DNA from: an uncultured Bacilli bacterium | GTDB taxonomy: Bacteria; Bacillota_I; Bacilli_A; RF39; UBA660 | NCBI GenBank assembly: GCA_934090685.1 | Contig: CAKOJN010000003.1 | Coordinates: forward strand, 54,034 to 118,033 | Direction of reading: 5' to 3' | DNA: 64,000 nt | Shown: positions 35,679-45,103 of the stretch, in pieces | Numbering within the stretch: position 1 is the stretch's first letter | Layout: the number at the start of each line of letters is the position of its first letter | The notes under the pieces: model-generated | Databases searched by the model: none | What the model saw: the letters and a program-made list of their open reading frames with translations, nothing else | Told to the model about the DNA's origin: nothing | Position numbers and translations under genes: made by a program

Positions 35679-37481
35679 ATGGATAAAATTATTAATTTTG
35701 CTGTAGTAGCACATGTAGATGCAGGGAAAAGTACATTAGTAGATGCACTTTTAAAACAAAATGGAGTATTCCGTGAAAATGAACAAGTTGTCGATTGTGT
35801 AATGGATAGTGGCGACTTAGAACGTGAAAGAGGTATAACTATAACTGCTAAGAATTGTTCTATAAGATATAAAGATTATAAAATGAATATAGTAGATACT
35901 CCTGGACATGCTGATTTTTCATCAGAAATAGAAAGAATTATTAAAACTGTTGATACAGTTGTTCTTTTAGTTGATTCAGCAGAAGGACCAATGCCACAAA
36001 CAAGATTTGTTTTAAAAGAAGCACTAAAATTTGGTTTAAAACCAATATTATTTATAAATAAAATAGATAAAAAAGATGCAAGAGCAGAAGAAGTTGTTAA
36101 TATGACTTTTGATTTATTTTGTGAACTTGGAGCAACAGATGAACAATTAGACTTTAAAATTCTTTATGGAATTGCTAAAGAAGGTATAGCAAAATATGAA
36201 GAAAATGATGATAATAAAGATATCAAGCCATTATTGGATACTATTATTGAAACAACAGAACCATTTAAAGGAGATAAAAACGATCCATTACAATTTCAAA
36301 TATCACAATTAGATTATGATGATTATATTGGAAGACTTGGAATAGGAAGAATAAATAAAGGAACAATTAAAACTGGTTCTCAAGTTACTATTGTAAAAAA
36401 TGATGGTAATATAGAAAAAACTAAAATAACTAAATTATTCATAAATGAAGGAATTAAAAAAAGAGAAGTAACTGAAGCATATTATGGTGACATTGTAACT
36501 ATGGCAGGTTGTCCAGACATATCAATTGGAGATACTATTTGTGATAATAATCATGTTGAAGGTTTACCAAGAATTGAAATAGAGAAACCAACTTTATCAA
36601 TGAATTTTATGGTAAATAACAGTCCATTTGCAGGTAAATCAGGTAAATTTGTTACATCAAGACATATTAGAGATAGGTTAAATGCTGAACTTGAAAGAAA
36701 TGTAGGCTTAGAAGTTGAAGAGTTACCATCATCTGATGGATTTAAGGTTTCTGGAAGAGGAGAATTACATTTATCAATTCTTATTGAAAATATGAGAAGA
36801 GAAGGCTATGAGTTAGGTGTATCAAAACCAGAAGTAATTACAAAAGATATTGATGGTGTAAAATGTGAACCATATGAGAAAGTTATAGTAACAGTACCAA
36901 CTGATTACTCAGGAACAGTTATTAATGATATAAGCGAAAGAAAAGGTACTATGGAATTAATGGAACCAGCAGAAGAAAACTATGTAAGGCTTGAATTTTC
37001 AGTACCAACTAGGGGTTTAATTGGATACAGAAGTAATTTTATAACGAATACAAAAGGTGAAGGCATAATGGTTAGAAGTTTTGATTCATATAAACCATAT
37101 GCAGGAGAAATAATAGGAAGAAAAAATGGAGTTTTAGTTTCTATGGAAAGTGGAAAAGCATTTGGATATGCATTATATAATTTACTTGATAGAGGAACTA
37201 TGATAATTGAACCAGCTACTGAAATATACGAAGGTATGATTATTGGTATCAATAATAGAGAAAATGATTTAAATGTTAACCCATGTAAAAATAAAGAATT
37301 TTCAAATACAAGATCATCAGGTAGTGATGAGGCAATAATATTACCAAAACCTAAAACTTTTACATTAGAAGAAGCATTAGAATTTATAGATAATGATGAA
37401 TTAGTTGAAGTAACACCTGATGCAATAAGATTAAGAAAGAAAATTCTTAATGAAAAAGAAAGATTTAGAAGTAATAGGTAA
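35679..37481 (+). CDS. typA: Translational GTPase TypA/BipA
   Basis: AHVDAGKST, DTPGHADF, NKIDK, and EF-G-like domain order. The start is at the ATG after a GGGGAGAG RBS. Confidence 0.93.
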   Translation: MDKIINFAVVAHVDAGKSTLVDALLKQNGVFRENEQVVDCVMDSGDLERERGITITAKNCSIRYKDYKMNIVDTPGHADFSSEIERIIKTVDTVVLLVDSAEGPMPQTRFVLKEALKFGLKPILFINKIDKKDARAEEVVNMTFDLFCELGATDEQLDFKILYGIAKEGIAKYEENDDNKDIKPLLDTIIETTEPFKGDKNDPLQFQISQLDYDDYIGRLGIGRINKGTIKTGSQVTIVKNDGNIEKTKITKLFINEGIKKREVTEAYYGDIVTMAGCPDISIGDTICDNNHVEGLPRIEIEKPTLSMNFMVNNSPFAGKSGKFVTSRHIRDRLNAELERNVGLEVEELPSSDGFKVSGRGELHLSILIENMRREGYELGVSKPEVITKDIDGVKCEPYEKVIVTVPTDYSGTVINDISERKGTMELMEPAEENYVRLEFSVPTRGLIGYRSNFITNTKGEGIMVRSFDSYKPYAGEIIGRKNGVLVSMESGKAFGYALYNLLDRGTMIIEPATEIYEGMIIGINNRENDLNVNPCKNKEFSNTRSSGSDEAIILPKPKTFTLEEALEFIDNDELVEVTPDAIRLRKKILNEKERFRSNR

Positions 37482-37500
37482 GACCATTTGGTCTTTTTAT
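37479..37500 (+). terminator. Rho-independent terminator after typA
   Basis: AAGACCA-tt-TGGTCTT followed by TTTATTTT. Confidence 0.6.
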
Positions 37501-37545
37501 TTTATGATATTTATGTTATAATTTAACAAGAAAAAAGGTGATTAT

Positions 37546-39270
37546 ATGAGTTATATTAAGGAATGCGAAGAATATATATTAAATGTATTTGAATCATGTG
37601 GTTATGATATATCAGAAGTTATTTTAGAAGTATCTTCTAGAGAAGATTTAGGAGAATTTCAAGTAAATACATGTATGTCCTTAGCGAAAAAATATGGTAA
37701 AAATCCAAGAGTGATTGCTGAAGAAATAATTAGTAATTTTGATGATAGATTTGAAAATGTAAATATTGCTGGTCCTGGGTTTATTAATGTAAGTATAAAT
37801 AAGAATCAACTGCTTAATGTTGTGAACAGTAGTTTAAAAGATTTAAGTTATTTAATAGATAAAGATAAGAATAAAACAATTATTATTGATTATGGTGGTG
37901 CAAATGCTGCGAAAACACTCCATATAGGACATATGAGGTCTGCAAATATAGGTGAATCATTAAAAAGATTATCTGCATTATTAGGAAACAAAATGATTGG
38001 AGATGTTCATTTAGGAGATATTGGAAGACAATCTGGAATGGTTATATCTGAAATTAAGAAAAGAAAACCAAATTTATGTTTTTTTGATAAAAACTATAAA
38101 GGTGATTATCCAAAATTAGAAATAACACCAGAAGAATTAAGTATATATTATCCAAGCGCTAGCAATGATGCTAAAGAAAATCCTGAAAGAATGGAAGAAG
38201 TTAGAAAAATCACTGCACTTGTAGATGAGGGAATAGAACCATATATAAGTATGTGGAAAGATATAGTAGAAGTCTCTAAACAAGAAATAAAAAAGACATA
38301 TGATTATTTAAATTGCCATTTTGATTTGTGGGAAGGTGAATTAAGTTCATTAAAATATATCAAAGATACTTTAAAAGTATTAGAACCATATATGTATGAG
38401 TCTGATAAAGCAAAAGTAATAGATGTAAAAAGAGAAGATGATAAGATAGAATTTCCTCCATTAATAGTTATAAAAAATGACGGTTCTTCAATATATGCAA
38501 CAAGAGATTTAGCAACAATATATAATAGAATTAATTTATATAATCCCGATGAAATTTGGTATGTTGTTGACATGAGACAATCAATGTATTTTGAACAAGT
38601 GTTTAGAGCATCATATAAATCTAAATTAGTAAAAGAAAATTGTAAACTTAATTACTATGGTTTTGGTACTATGAATGGTAAAGATAAAAAACCATTTAAA
38701 ACTAGAGATGGTGGAGTTTTACAATTAAATGATTTAATAAAAATGATAAAGGATGAATTAAGCAAACGAATTAGTTCATCAAGTAGTGAAGAAGAAAAAG
38801 AAGAAATATTAAATAAATTAACAGTAGCGACAATTAAATTTGCTGATCTATTACCTTATCGTACTACTGATTATATTTTTGATTTAGAAAAATTTTGTTC
38901 ATTTGAAGGAAAAACAGGGCCATATATTTTATATAGTATGGTAAGAATAAAATCAATACTAAATAAAGTAGATTATAAATCTTTTAGTATACACGATATT
39001 TATAGTGATTCAGAACGAAAACTATATGTAAAATTATTAAGTTTATCAAAGATATTAAATAAATCCTATAATGAAAAAACTTTGAGTTATATATGCGAAT
39101 ATTTATATGAATTATGTAGTATATTTAATAAATTTTATTCAGAAACTAATATTATTAATGAAACAAATAACGAAAGAAAAGAGACATATATAACATTATT
39201 ACATTTAATATTGAATATTTGTACTACTTTATTAGATGTATTAGCAATAGAAATTCCAGATAAAATGTAA
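37546..39270 (+). CDS. argS: Arginine--tRNA ligase
   Basis: Class I HIGH (AKTLHIGHMRS), GDIGRQ, an N-terminal Arg-tRNA-synthetase add-on domain, and a DALR-like C-terminus. 574 aa. Confidence 0.85.
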   Translation: MSYIKECEEYILNVFESCGYDISEVILEVSSREDLGEFQVNTCMSLAKKYGKNPRVIAEEIISNFDDRFENVNIAGPGFINVSINKNQLLNVVNSSLKDLSYLIDKDKNKTIIIDYGGANAAKTLHIGHMRSANIGESLKRLSALLGNKMIGDVHLGDIGRQSGMVISEIKKRKPNLCFFDKNYKGDYPKLEITPEELSIYYPSASNDAKENPERMEEVRKITALVDEGIEPYISMWKDIVEVSKQEIKKTYDYLNCHFDLWEGELSSLKYIKDTLKVLEPYMYESDKAKVIDVKREDDKIEFPPLIVIKNDGSSIYATRDLATIYNRINLYNPDEIWYVVDMRQSMYFEQVFRASYKSKLVKENCKLNYYGFGTMNGKDKKPFKTRDGGVLQLNDLIKMIKDELSKRISSSSSEEEKEEILNKLTVATIKFADLLPYRTTDYIFDLEKFCSFEGKTGPYILYSMVRIKSILNKVDYKSFSIHDIYSDSERKLYVKLLSLSKILNKSYNEKTLSYICEYLYELCSIFNKFYSETNIINETNNERKETYITLLHLILNICTTLLDVLAIEIPDKM

Positions 39271-39331
39271 AAGAATTTAAAAAAATAATAATTTATATTG
39301 TGCATATTAAAAAATCATGCTATAATACATT

Positions 39332-39388
39332 CGAACGAAAGTTCCTTGCTTCGATTGCGAAGCCGTTAGACCAAAAGGAGGTGTAGAA
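39332..39388 (+). promoter_or_regulatory. Structured rpsF 5' leader (candidate S6:S18 autoregulatory element)
   Basis: It lies downstream of the extended -10 TGcTATAAT (39318-39326). There are two hairpins: GAAC-GAAA-GTTC (GNRA loop) and GCTTCG-ATTG-CGAAGC, followed by CCG. Confidence 0.4.
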
Positions 39389-39676
39389 ATGAATAAATAT
39401 GAGATAATGTTCATTGTAAAATCTGAAAATGATGAGAAGACTATTAAAGATACAGTTTCTGCTTTTGAAAAAGTATTAACTGATATGAAAGCTAAAATAG
39501 TTAATAAAAAAGACATGGGACAAAAAAAATTAGCATATCCAATTAAAAAACAAGTAAGAGGAAACTATTACTTATTTAATGTTGAAGCTACAGTAGCAGC
39601 AATAAATGAATTTGATAGAAAAGCTAAAATTGATGAAAACATTTTAAGACATATTGTTATAAGAGAAGAGGAATAG
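39389..39676 (+). CDS. rpsF: 30S ribosomal protein S6
   Basis: MNKYEIMFIV.. start and rpsF-ssb-rpsR operon order. Confidence 0.95.
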   Translation: MNKYEIMFIVKSENDEKTIKDTVSAFEKVLTDMKAKIVNKKDMGQKKLAYPIKKQVRGNYYLFNVEATVAAINEFDRKAKIDENILRHIVIREEE

Positions 39677-39679
39677 AAT

Positions 39680-40147
39680 ATGAATAAAATAATTTTAGTT
39701 GGAAGATTAACAAGAGATCCTGAACTTAGAAGTACAAGTACTGGTATATCTACTGCAAATTTTACTGTTGCTGTTAACAGAAACTTTAAAAATAAAGATG
39801 GTCAATATGATGCAGATTTTATATCTTGTGTTGCTTTTAGAAATACTGCAGATTTTGTAAGTAAATATTTCAAAAAAGGTAATTTAATATGTTTGGATGG
39901 TAGAATTCAAACTAGAAATTATGATGCGCAAGATGGTACTAAAAGATATGTAACTGAGGTAGTTGTTGAAAATGTTGAATTTGTTGGAGGTAAGTCTGAT
40001 AATTCAACAAGTCAGTCAAACAACTTTGTTGATGCACCATCTCAAGATATAGTTGATACTATACCAGAGTATGATATTCCTAAGTCAGATCCATATGAAA
40101 ATTATGATAAAGAAGTATCACTAAGTGATAATGATTTACCATTTTAA
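39680..40147 (+). CDS. ssb: Single-stranded DNA-binding protein
   Basis: OB-fold N-terminus ([17 protein letters not shown]) and an acidic tail ending DNDLPF. Confidence 0.95.
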   Translation: MNKIILVGRLTRDPELRSTSTGISTANFTVAVNRNFKNKDGQYDADFISCVAFRNTADFVSKYFKKGNLICLDGRIQTRNYDAQDGTKRYVTEVVVENVEFVGGKSDNSTSQSNNFVDAPSQDIVDTIPEYDIPKSDPYENYDKEVSLSDNDLPF

Positions 40148-40158
40148 GGAGGAAAATA

Positions 40159-40371
40159 ATGGCAGAATATTATAGAAGAAAAAAAATATGTCAAATGTGT
40201 GCAGGAAAACCTGTAGATTATAAAGATGTTATGATTGTTTCTAAATATATTAATGAAAAAGGCAAAATATTACCTAGAAGAATGACAGGAGCATGTGCAA
40301 AACATCAAAGACATATTGCTAATCAAATTAAAAGAGCAAGATTTATGGCTTTATTACCATTTAAAAAATAA
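40159..40371 (+). CDS. rpsR: 30S ribosomal protein S18
   Basis: 70 aa with ..[15 protein letters not shown].. signature. Confidence 0.93.
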   Translation: MAEYYRRKKICQMCAGKPVDYKDVMIVSKYINEKGKILPRRMTGACAKHQRHIANQIKRARFMALLPFKK

Positions 40372-40433
40372 TAGAAATTCTATTATTTTTTTATTTATAA
40401 AATTAAAAGTAGTAATTATTAGTTACTACTTAT

Positions 40434-41108
40434 TTAATTGCTATTATTATTTCTAGCAAGAAGAAGTCTTAATATTTGAACTGCCATTGCTAAAAATGAA
40501 GCAACGTAAGTAAATGCAGCAGCACTTAAAACTTTTTTTGTTCCTCTAGTGTCCTTTTTATTTAATAGTCCGCAATTTTTTAGTTGTTCTTTTGCACGTT
40601 TTGATGCATTAAATTCAACTGGTAAAGTTATTAATTGAAAAAATAAACCGACAAGAAGTAAAATTATACCAGCATCTAACATATCTAATATGTTAAAGAC
40701 AAAAGACAATATTATTAAAATTGAAGCAACTCTTGAAGTAAAATTAACAAATGGAACCATCTTATTTCTAAATCTTAAAAAACTATAACATTCTTTATCT
40801 TGAATAGCATGCCCAACTTCATGAGCAGCAATTGCAACACCAGCAATTGATTTTGAGTCATATGAACTTTCAGATAATGAAATTTTTTTAGTAATTGGAT
40901 TATAATGATCAGTAAGATGTCCCTTAGTAGGCAATATATCAATATAATTGAGACCATTATTATCAAGTATTCTTCTTGCAACCTCTTTACCTGATAAATT
41001 TAAACTATTTTTTTCTTTTGAATACTTTGAATAATTACTTCTTACTTTTATGTCCGCTATTAAAGGAACAAAAAGTATTATAAAAACTAATATTATATCT
41101 ACATCCAT
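40434..41108 (-). CDS. Membrane zinc metallopeptidase (YugP / Zn_peptidase_2 family)
   Basis: HEVGHAIQ zinc motif, an N-terminal TM and C-terminal TM helices. Confidence 0.75.
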   Translation of the reverse strand: MDVDIILVFIILFVPLIADIKVRSNYSKYSKEKNSLNLSGKEVARRILDNNGLNYIDILPTKGHLTDHYNPITKKISLSESSYDSKSIAGVAIAAHEVGHAIQDKECYSFLRFRNKMVPFVNFTSRVASILIILSFVFNILDMLDAGIILLLVGLFFQLITLPVEFNASKRAKEQLKNCGLLNKKDTRGTKKVLSAAAFTYVASFLAMAVQILRLLLARNNNSN

Positions 41109-41157
41109 TTTTATCACCATTATCAGTATATCATTTATATGTGAAATTTAAAAGAAA

Positions 41158-42510
41158 TTAATTATATTTAAATCCAAAAACTTTTTCATGAATGTTACTG
41201 CCAAATAAGTTTTTAATAGTTTCATCACTGACTTTATATGTTACTTTTTTTGAAATTAATTTTTCCATATCTACGTTTACTTTAATGGCTTTTTTAAATT
41301 CTTTATTTTTTAAATAGGTATCTTTTTTAATATTTAGTTTTCTTAAAATATCTTCCTTGTTATTTGACGAATTAATTAGTTTCGTTTTAGTACACACAGT
41401 ATCTAAAATTTCTAAGCTTTTATCAGGTTCTGCTTTATTTTTTATATATTTATTAGACAAATCAACTATCATTCTAATTTGATTTTTTGTTATAGTTACA
41501 TTATGAAATTTTTCATAATATTTCTTTGTATTTTCTAAAATATTCAAAGTTTGATTGTAAGTTGGTTCTTCAATTAAAATTGGGTTAAATCTTCTATTTA
41601 ATGCCTTATCGTTTTTGATAGATTTGTTATATTCTCCTATAGTTGTTGCGCCTATACATGAAATATTATTTCTAGCAAGATAAGGTTTTAAAATATTTGC
41701 TGCATCGATTGCCCCTTCTGCACCACCTGCTCCTACTATAGTATGAATTTCATCAATAAATAAAATTGTATTTTTGTCTTTTTCTACATCAGAAATTAGA
41801 TTGTTTAGTTTTTCTTCAAATTCTCCTCTGTATTTTGTGCCACTAACTAAAGATGAAATATTAACTGATAAAATTTTTTTATTTTGAAGTTCTTTAGGTA
41901 CTTTATGGTGCTCTATTCTATGCGCTAGTTCTTCAATTATTGCGGTTTTGCCAGTACCAGCTTTACCAATTAATAATGGATTAGTTTTATTTTTTCTTAA
42001 AAGTGTTTCAATAATTTGATTTAATTCTTTTTCTCTTCCAATTACTTCATTATAATTTTTTAAATTATTGAGATAAACACCACAATTTATATTTATATCT
42101 TTTTTTAATATTGAATTATAAAGTTTTTTAATATCTATATTTAATGCATTCAATATTGAATAGCCTATACCTTCTCCCTCTTCTAAAAAAATTATAAATA
42201 AATCTTTTAATGGTTGCTTACTGTTACTAGGAATATTCATTATTAATCTTTTGAATAAAGGAGTATATATAACTATATTTGTTTTAGTTTTAATTGTTGA
42301 TAATTTGTTTACTTCATTTTTACATTTACTATATGAAAGATTATTTTGGAGCAAAATATCTTTTAATCTATTATTTGTGCTTAATAATGCTAATAATAAA
42401 TGTTCAGTTCCAACAAATTCATTTTTTAATGATAATGCTTCTTTTTCTGATTGTTTTAACACTTTGATTAATTCTTCATTATTATTTGTCATACTAATAG
42501 TATGTTTCAA
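41158..42510 (-). CDS. ClpC/ClpB-like AAA+ protein comprising the N-domain, D1 ring and start of the M-domain only
   Basis: Clp_N (FVGTEHLLLALL), Walker A GKAGTGKTAIIEELA, Walker B ILFIDEIHTIVGAGGAEGAIDAANILKP, and ALNRRF. It ends shortly after the UVR-like KEFKKAIKV. Confidence 0.8.
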   Translation of the reverse strand: MKHTISMTNNNEELIKVLKQSEKEALSLKNEFVGTEHLLLALLSTNNRLKDILLQNNLSYSKCKNEVNKLSTIKTKTNIVIYTPLFKRLIMNIPSNSKQPLKDLFIIFLEEGEGIGYSILNALNIDIKKLYNSILKKDININCGVYLNNLKNYNEVIGREKELNQIIETLLRKNKTNPLLIGKAGTGKTAIIEELAHRIEHHKVPKELQNKKILSVNISSLVSGTKYRGEFEEKLNNLISDVEKDKNTILFIDEIHTIVGAGGAEGAIDAANILKPYLARNNISCIGATTIGEYNKSIKNDKALNRRFNPILIEEPTYNQTLNILENTKKYYEKFHNVTITKNQIRMIVDLSNKYIKNKAEPDKSLEILDTVCTKTKLINSSNNKEDILRKLNIKKDTYLKNKEFKKAIKVNVDMEKLISKKVTYKVSDETIKNLFGSNIHEKVFGFKYN

Positions 42511-42575
42511 AAATAAAAATTAATCACAAAAAAAGAATGTTTTTTCAAACACTCTTTATTAATTAATAGTAATTA

Positions 42576-43973
42576 TTATATAATTGCTGCTAGAATAAGA
42601 GCAACCATTACTATTGCAAATAATACTAATGCAAGTTTCCATGTTTTCTTGATCCACTCTTTATATGGAATATTTAAATATGAAAGACCTAGAACTAGCA
42701 TTACACTTGTTGGGGCAACAAACATAGTAACACCATATATACCTTGAATTAATACAGCTAATACAGTTGTATTAACATCTTGTGCAGCTAATTGTGGTAT
42801 TACATAACTTACTACATAAAGCATATCAACATGTAAAGCAGAACCTAATATCATAACAATAGTACTGAAGAAAATATTAAATTTACTTGTAGCTTTTAAT
42901 ATAAAGTCAGCAATTGTTGGATAGAACATAGTGTTACCAGCAAAGAAGATTACTGCATATACAAGTACAATCATTAATGCAGGTGCAAGCATATTTTTAG
43001 CACCTTGAGCCATGTATGAGAACATATCTCTATGTTTCATTCTGTAGAATCTTCCAAGAAGTAATGCTGCTAATAAGCACATAATTGCCATTTCTGCATA
43101 ATACCAATTACCGAAAGCATTAACAGTACCTAATAAATTACCAAATATAGCAAAGCCTTTAATAGATACTTCTGATACTTTTGTATTGAAATCAGTAAAT
43201 ACGTTAATACCAAAAGTTGAATTCCAAGCAGTACATCCCATTATTAATAATACAAATAATATTGAGAATATTACTATAATTGGGGCAACTGAATATTTAT
43301 TAGATATTTTTTCTCCTGCAAACATATCAATTGTTTTTGCATCTTCTTTGTCAACTTTTTTAGTTTTCTTAACTTTTAATAGATAAACTACTAAAGCAGC
43401 AAAGCATAAGACAAACATTCCAATTTTATATGGAAGAGCAGTTGTTAAAGTACCATTAATTTGTTCGTTAATAACGCCAACCATATTGTAACCTAATGTT
43501 GTTCCAATTGTACCTATTAATATAGCACCAAATGTAGTTATACAAGCTGTTATTTTGTCATATCCCATAGCTAATATAATACTAATAATAGCAGGTATGA
43601 ATATGAATAATAATAACCCATAATCAAATACAGATGTAAGTGCTGCAATTAAGAAGGCAGCTGTGATTAAAAATACTTGTTCCTTTCCTTTAAATTTACT
43701 TGCTATTTTTTCAATTAAAGCTCCATATTTACCAGTTTTAACAAGTACACCATATAATGCACCAATAGAAACTAATAAAATAAAGATTTGGATGAAGTAA
43801 GCAAACTCAAATGTACCGAATAATAGTTGAAAGAAATCAAAGAATCCCACTCTATTCATTCCTAAACTAGATAAATTTCCATCTGTGAAATAACTAGCTG
43901 GTACAAACCAAGTTACTAATAAAATACCAAGTAGTGTAAACATGATTATTTTAAATAAACCTGTTTTTTTCAT
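42576..43973 (-). CDS. YfcC-family (DcuC-superfamily) integral membrane transporter
   Basis: About 12 TM. The blocks GAKNMLAPAL and ..APTSVMLVLGLSYLNIPYKEWIK resemble E. coli YfcC (GARMMIAPAL; YPTSASLMATLGV..FRNWLK). Confidence 0.65.
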   Translation of the reverse strand: MKKTGLFKIIMFTLLGILLVTWFVPASYFTDGNLSSLGMNRVGFFDFFQLLFGTFEFAYFIQIFILLVSIGALYGVLVKTGKYGALIEKIASKFKGKEQVFLITAAFLIAALTSVFDYGLLLFIFIPAIISIILAMGYDKITACITTFGAILIGTIGTTLGYNMVGVINEQINGTLTTALPYKIGMFVLCFAALVVYLLKVKKTKKVDKEDAKTIDMFAGEKISNKYSVAPIIVIFSILFVLLIMGCTAWNSTFGINVFTDFNTKVSEVSIKGFAIFGNLLGTVNAFGNWYYAEMAIMCLLAALLLGRFYRMKHRDMFSYMAQGAKNMLAPALMIVLVYAVIFFAGNTMFYPTIADFILKATSKFNIFFSTIVMILGSALHVDMLYVVSYVIPQLAAQDVNTTVLAVLIQGIYGVTMFVAPTSVMLVLGLSYLNIPYKEWIKKTWKLALVLFAIVMVALILAAII

Positions 43974-44042
43974 TTCTATTCCTCCTTAACTTAATTATAT
44001 AACAAAAAATACTAACTTTACAAGAATAAGCTAGTATTTTTG

Positions 44043-45035
44043 TTATTTTTCACAATATAAACACCTAATATGATTCCTTATTTTATCTATACAGTTTAAA
44101 AATTCAGTTTCATTTTTGCACATAGATATTTCTTTTTTTAATTCTTTTGATTTTGGTATATATTTTAAATAATATAACGCAGGGGTTTTAATATCTAATA
44201 TAGCCTTTCTATCATTAGTATTTTCTTTTAACAAATTATAATGTCTGACTAACATGTCAACTCTTTCATCATATGTTGGTTTATCAATTATTTTATTATT
44301 TTCAATGTATTCTACGCATTCTCTTATAAACCATGGATTTCCTAGAGTTGCTCTACCTATCATTATCGCATCGCATCCAGTTTCATCAATCATTTGTTTT
44401 GCTTCATGTATAGTTGTAATATCTCCATTTCCAATTACAGGTATATTAACAGAATCTTTAACTTGCTTTATCAAATTCCAATCTGCTTTCCCACTATATC
44501 CTTGTACTCTTGTTCTTGGATGGATTGCTATGGCACTTGCTCCTGCTTTTTCAATTATTTTAGCAACCTCTACGCAATTAATAGTATTACTATCCCAACC
44601 CGCTCTGATTTTTACAGTGACTGGTATTGCTACGGTATTAACTACTGAAGATACTATTTCATATATTTTTTCTGGATTTTTAAGAAGTCCGGAACCAGCT
44701 TGTGATTTAATAGCAACTTTAGGAACTGGGCACCCCATATTAATATCGATAATATCAGGTTTATAATTTTCTTCTACAAATTTAGCAGATTTAACAAAAC
44801 TATCAATGTCACTCCCAAATATTTGTATACTAATAGGTCTTTCTTTATCATTTATTTTAAGCAAATCCATTGTATTTTTGCTATTATATACTATTCCCAT
44901 TGTACTAATCATTTCAGTATAAATAAGACCTGCACCCATCTCTTTTATAATAGTTCTATAACTTTCATTTGATATTCCAGCCATAGGTGCGAATACAATT
45001 TTATTATTAATTTTTACATTACCGATTTTCCACAT
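44043..45035 (-). CDS. dusB: tRNA-dihydrouridine synthase
   Basis: FAPMAGISN and the catalytic NMGCPVPK. TIM-barrel FMN enzyme length. Confidence 0.9.
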   Translation of the reverse strand: MWKIGNVKINNKIVFAPMAGISNESYRTIIKEMGAGLIYTEMISTMGIVYNSKNTMDLLKINDKERPISIQIFGSDIDSFVKSAKFVEENYKPDIIDINMGCPVPKVAIKSQAGSGLLKNPEKIYEIVSSVVNTVAIPVTVKIRAGWDSNTINCVEVAKIIEKAGASAIAIHPRTRVQGYSGKADWNLIKQVKDSVNIPVIGNGDITTIHEAKQMIDETGCDAIMIGRATLGNPWFIRECVEYIENNKIIDKPTYDERVDMLVRHYNLLKENTNDRKAILDIKTPALYYLKYIPKSKELKKEISMCKNETEFLNCIDKIRNHIRCLYCEK

Positions 45036-45103
45036 ATTTTTTCCTCATGAATAATTTATCATTTTTATATTATTTTTTCAATAAAAAAACGATATGTTAA
45101 TCG

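Noticed and set aside
37482-37545. Expected a T-box leader upstream of argS.
   Set aside because: Only 64 bp separate typA from argS, and most of that is the typA terminator. There is no room for a T-box and no T-box sequence.
39332-39345. CGAACGAAAGTTCC as a stand-alone LexA operator feature.
   Set aside because: The last consensus base is wrong, and the sequence is equally explained as a GNRA-capped RNA hairpin in a ribosomal leader. It is kept as a low-interest hypothesis rather than a feature.
39307-39516. 69-aa minus-strand ORF overlapping the rpsF start.
   Set aside because: It is antisense to the rpsF leader and coding region. It is a shadow ORF.
44254-44766. 170-aa and 84-aa plus-strand ORFs inside dusB.
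   Set aside because: Both are antisense to a Dus protein with clear catalytic motifs. They are shadow ORFs.
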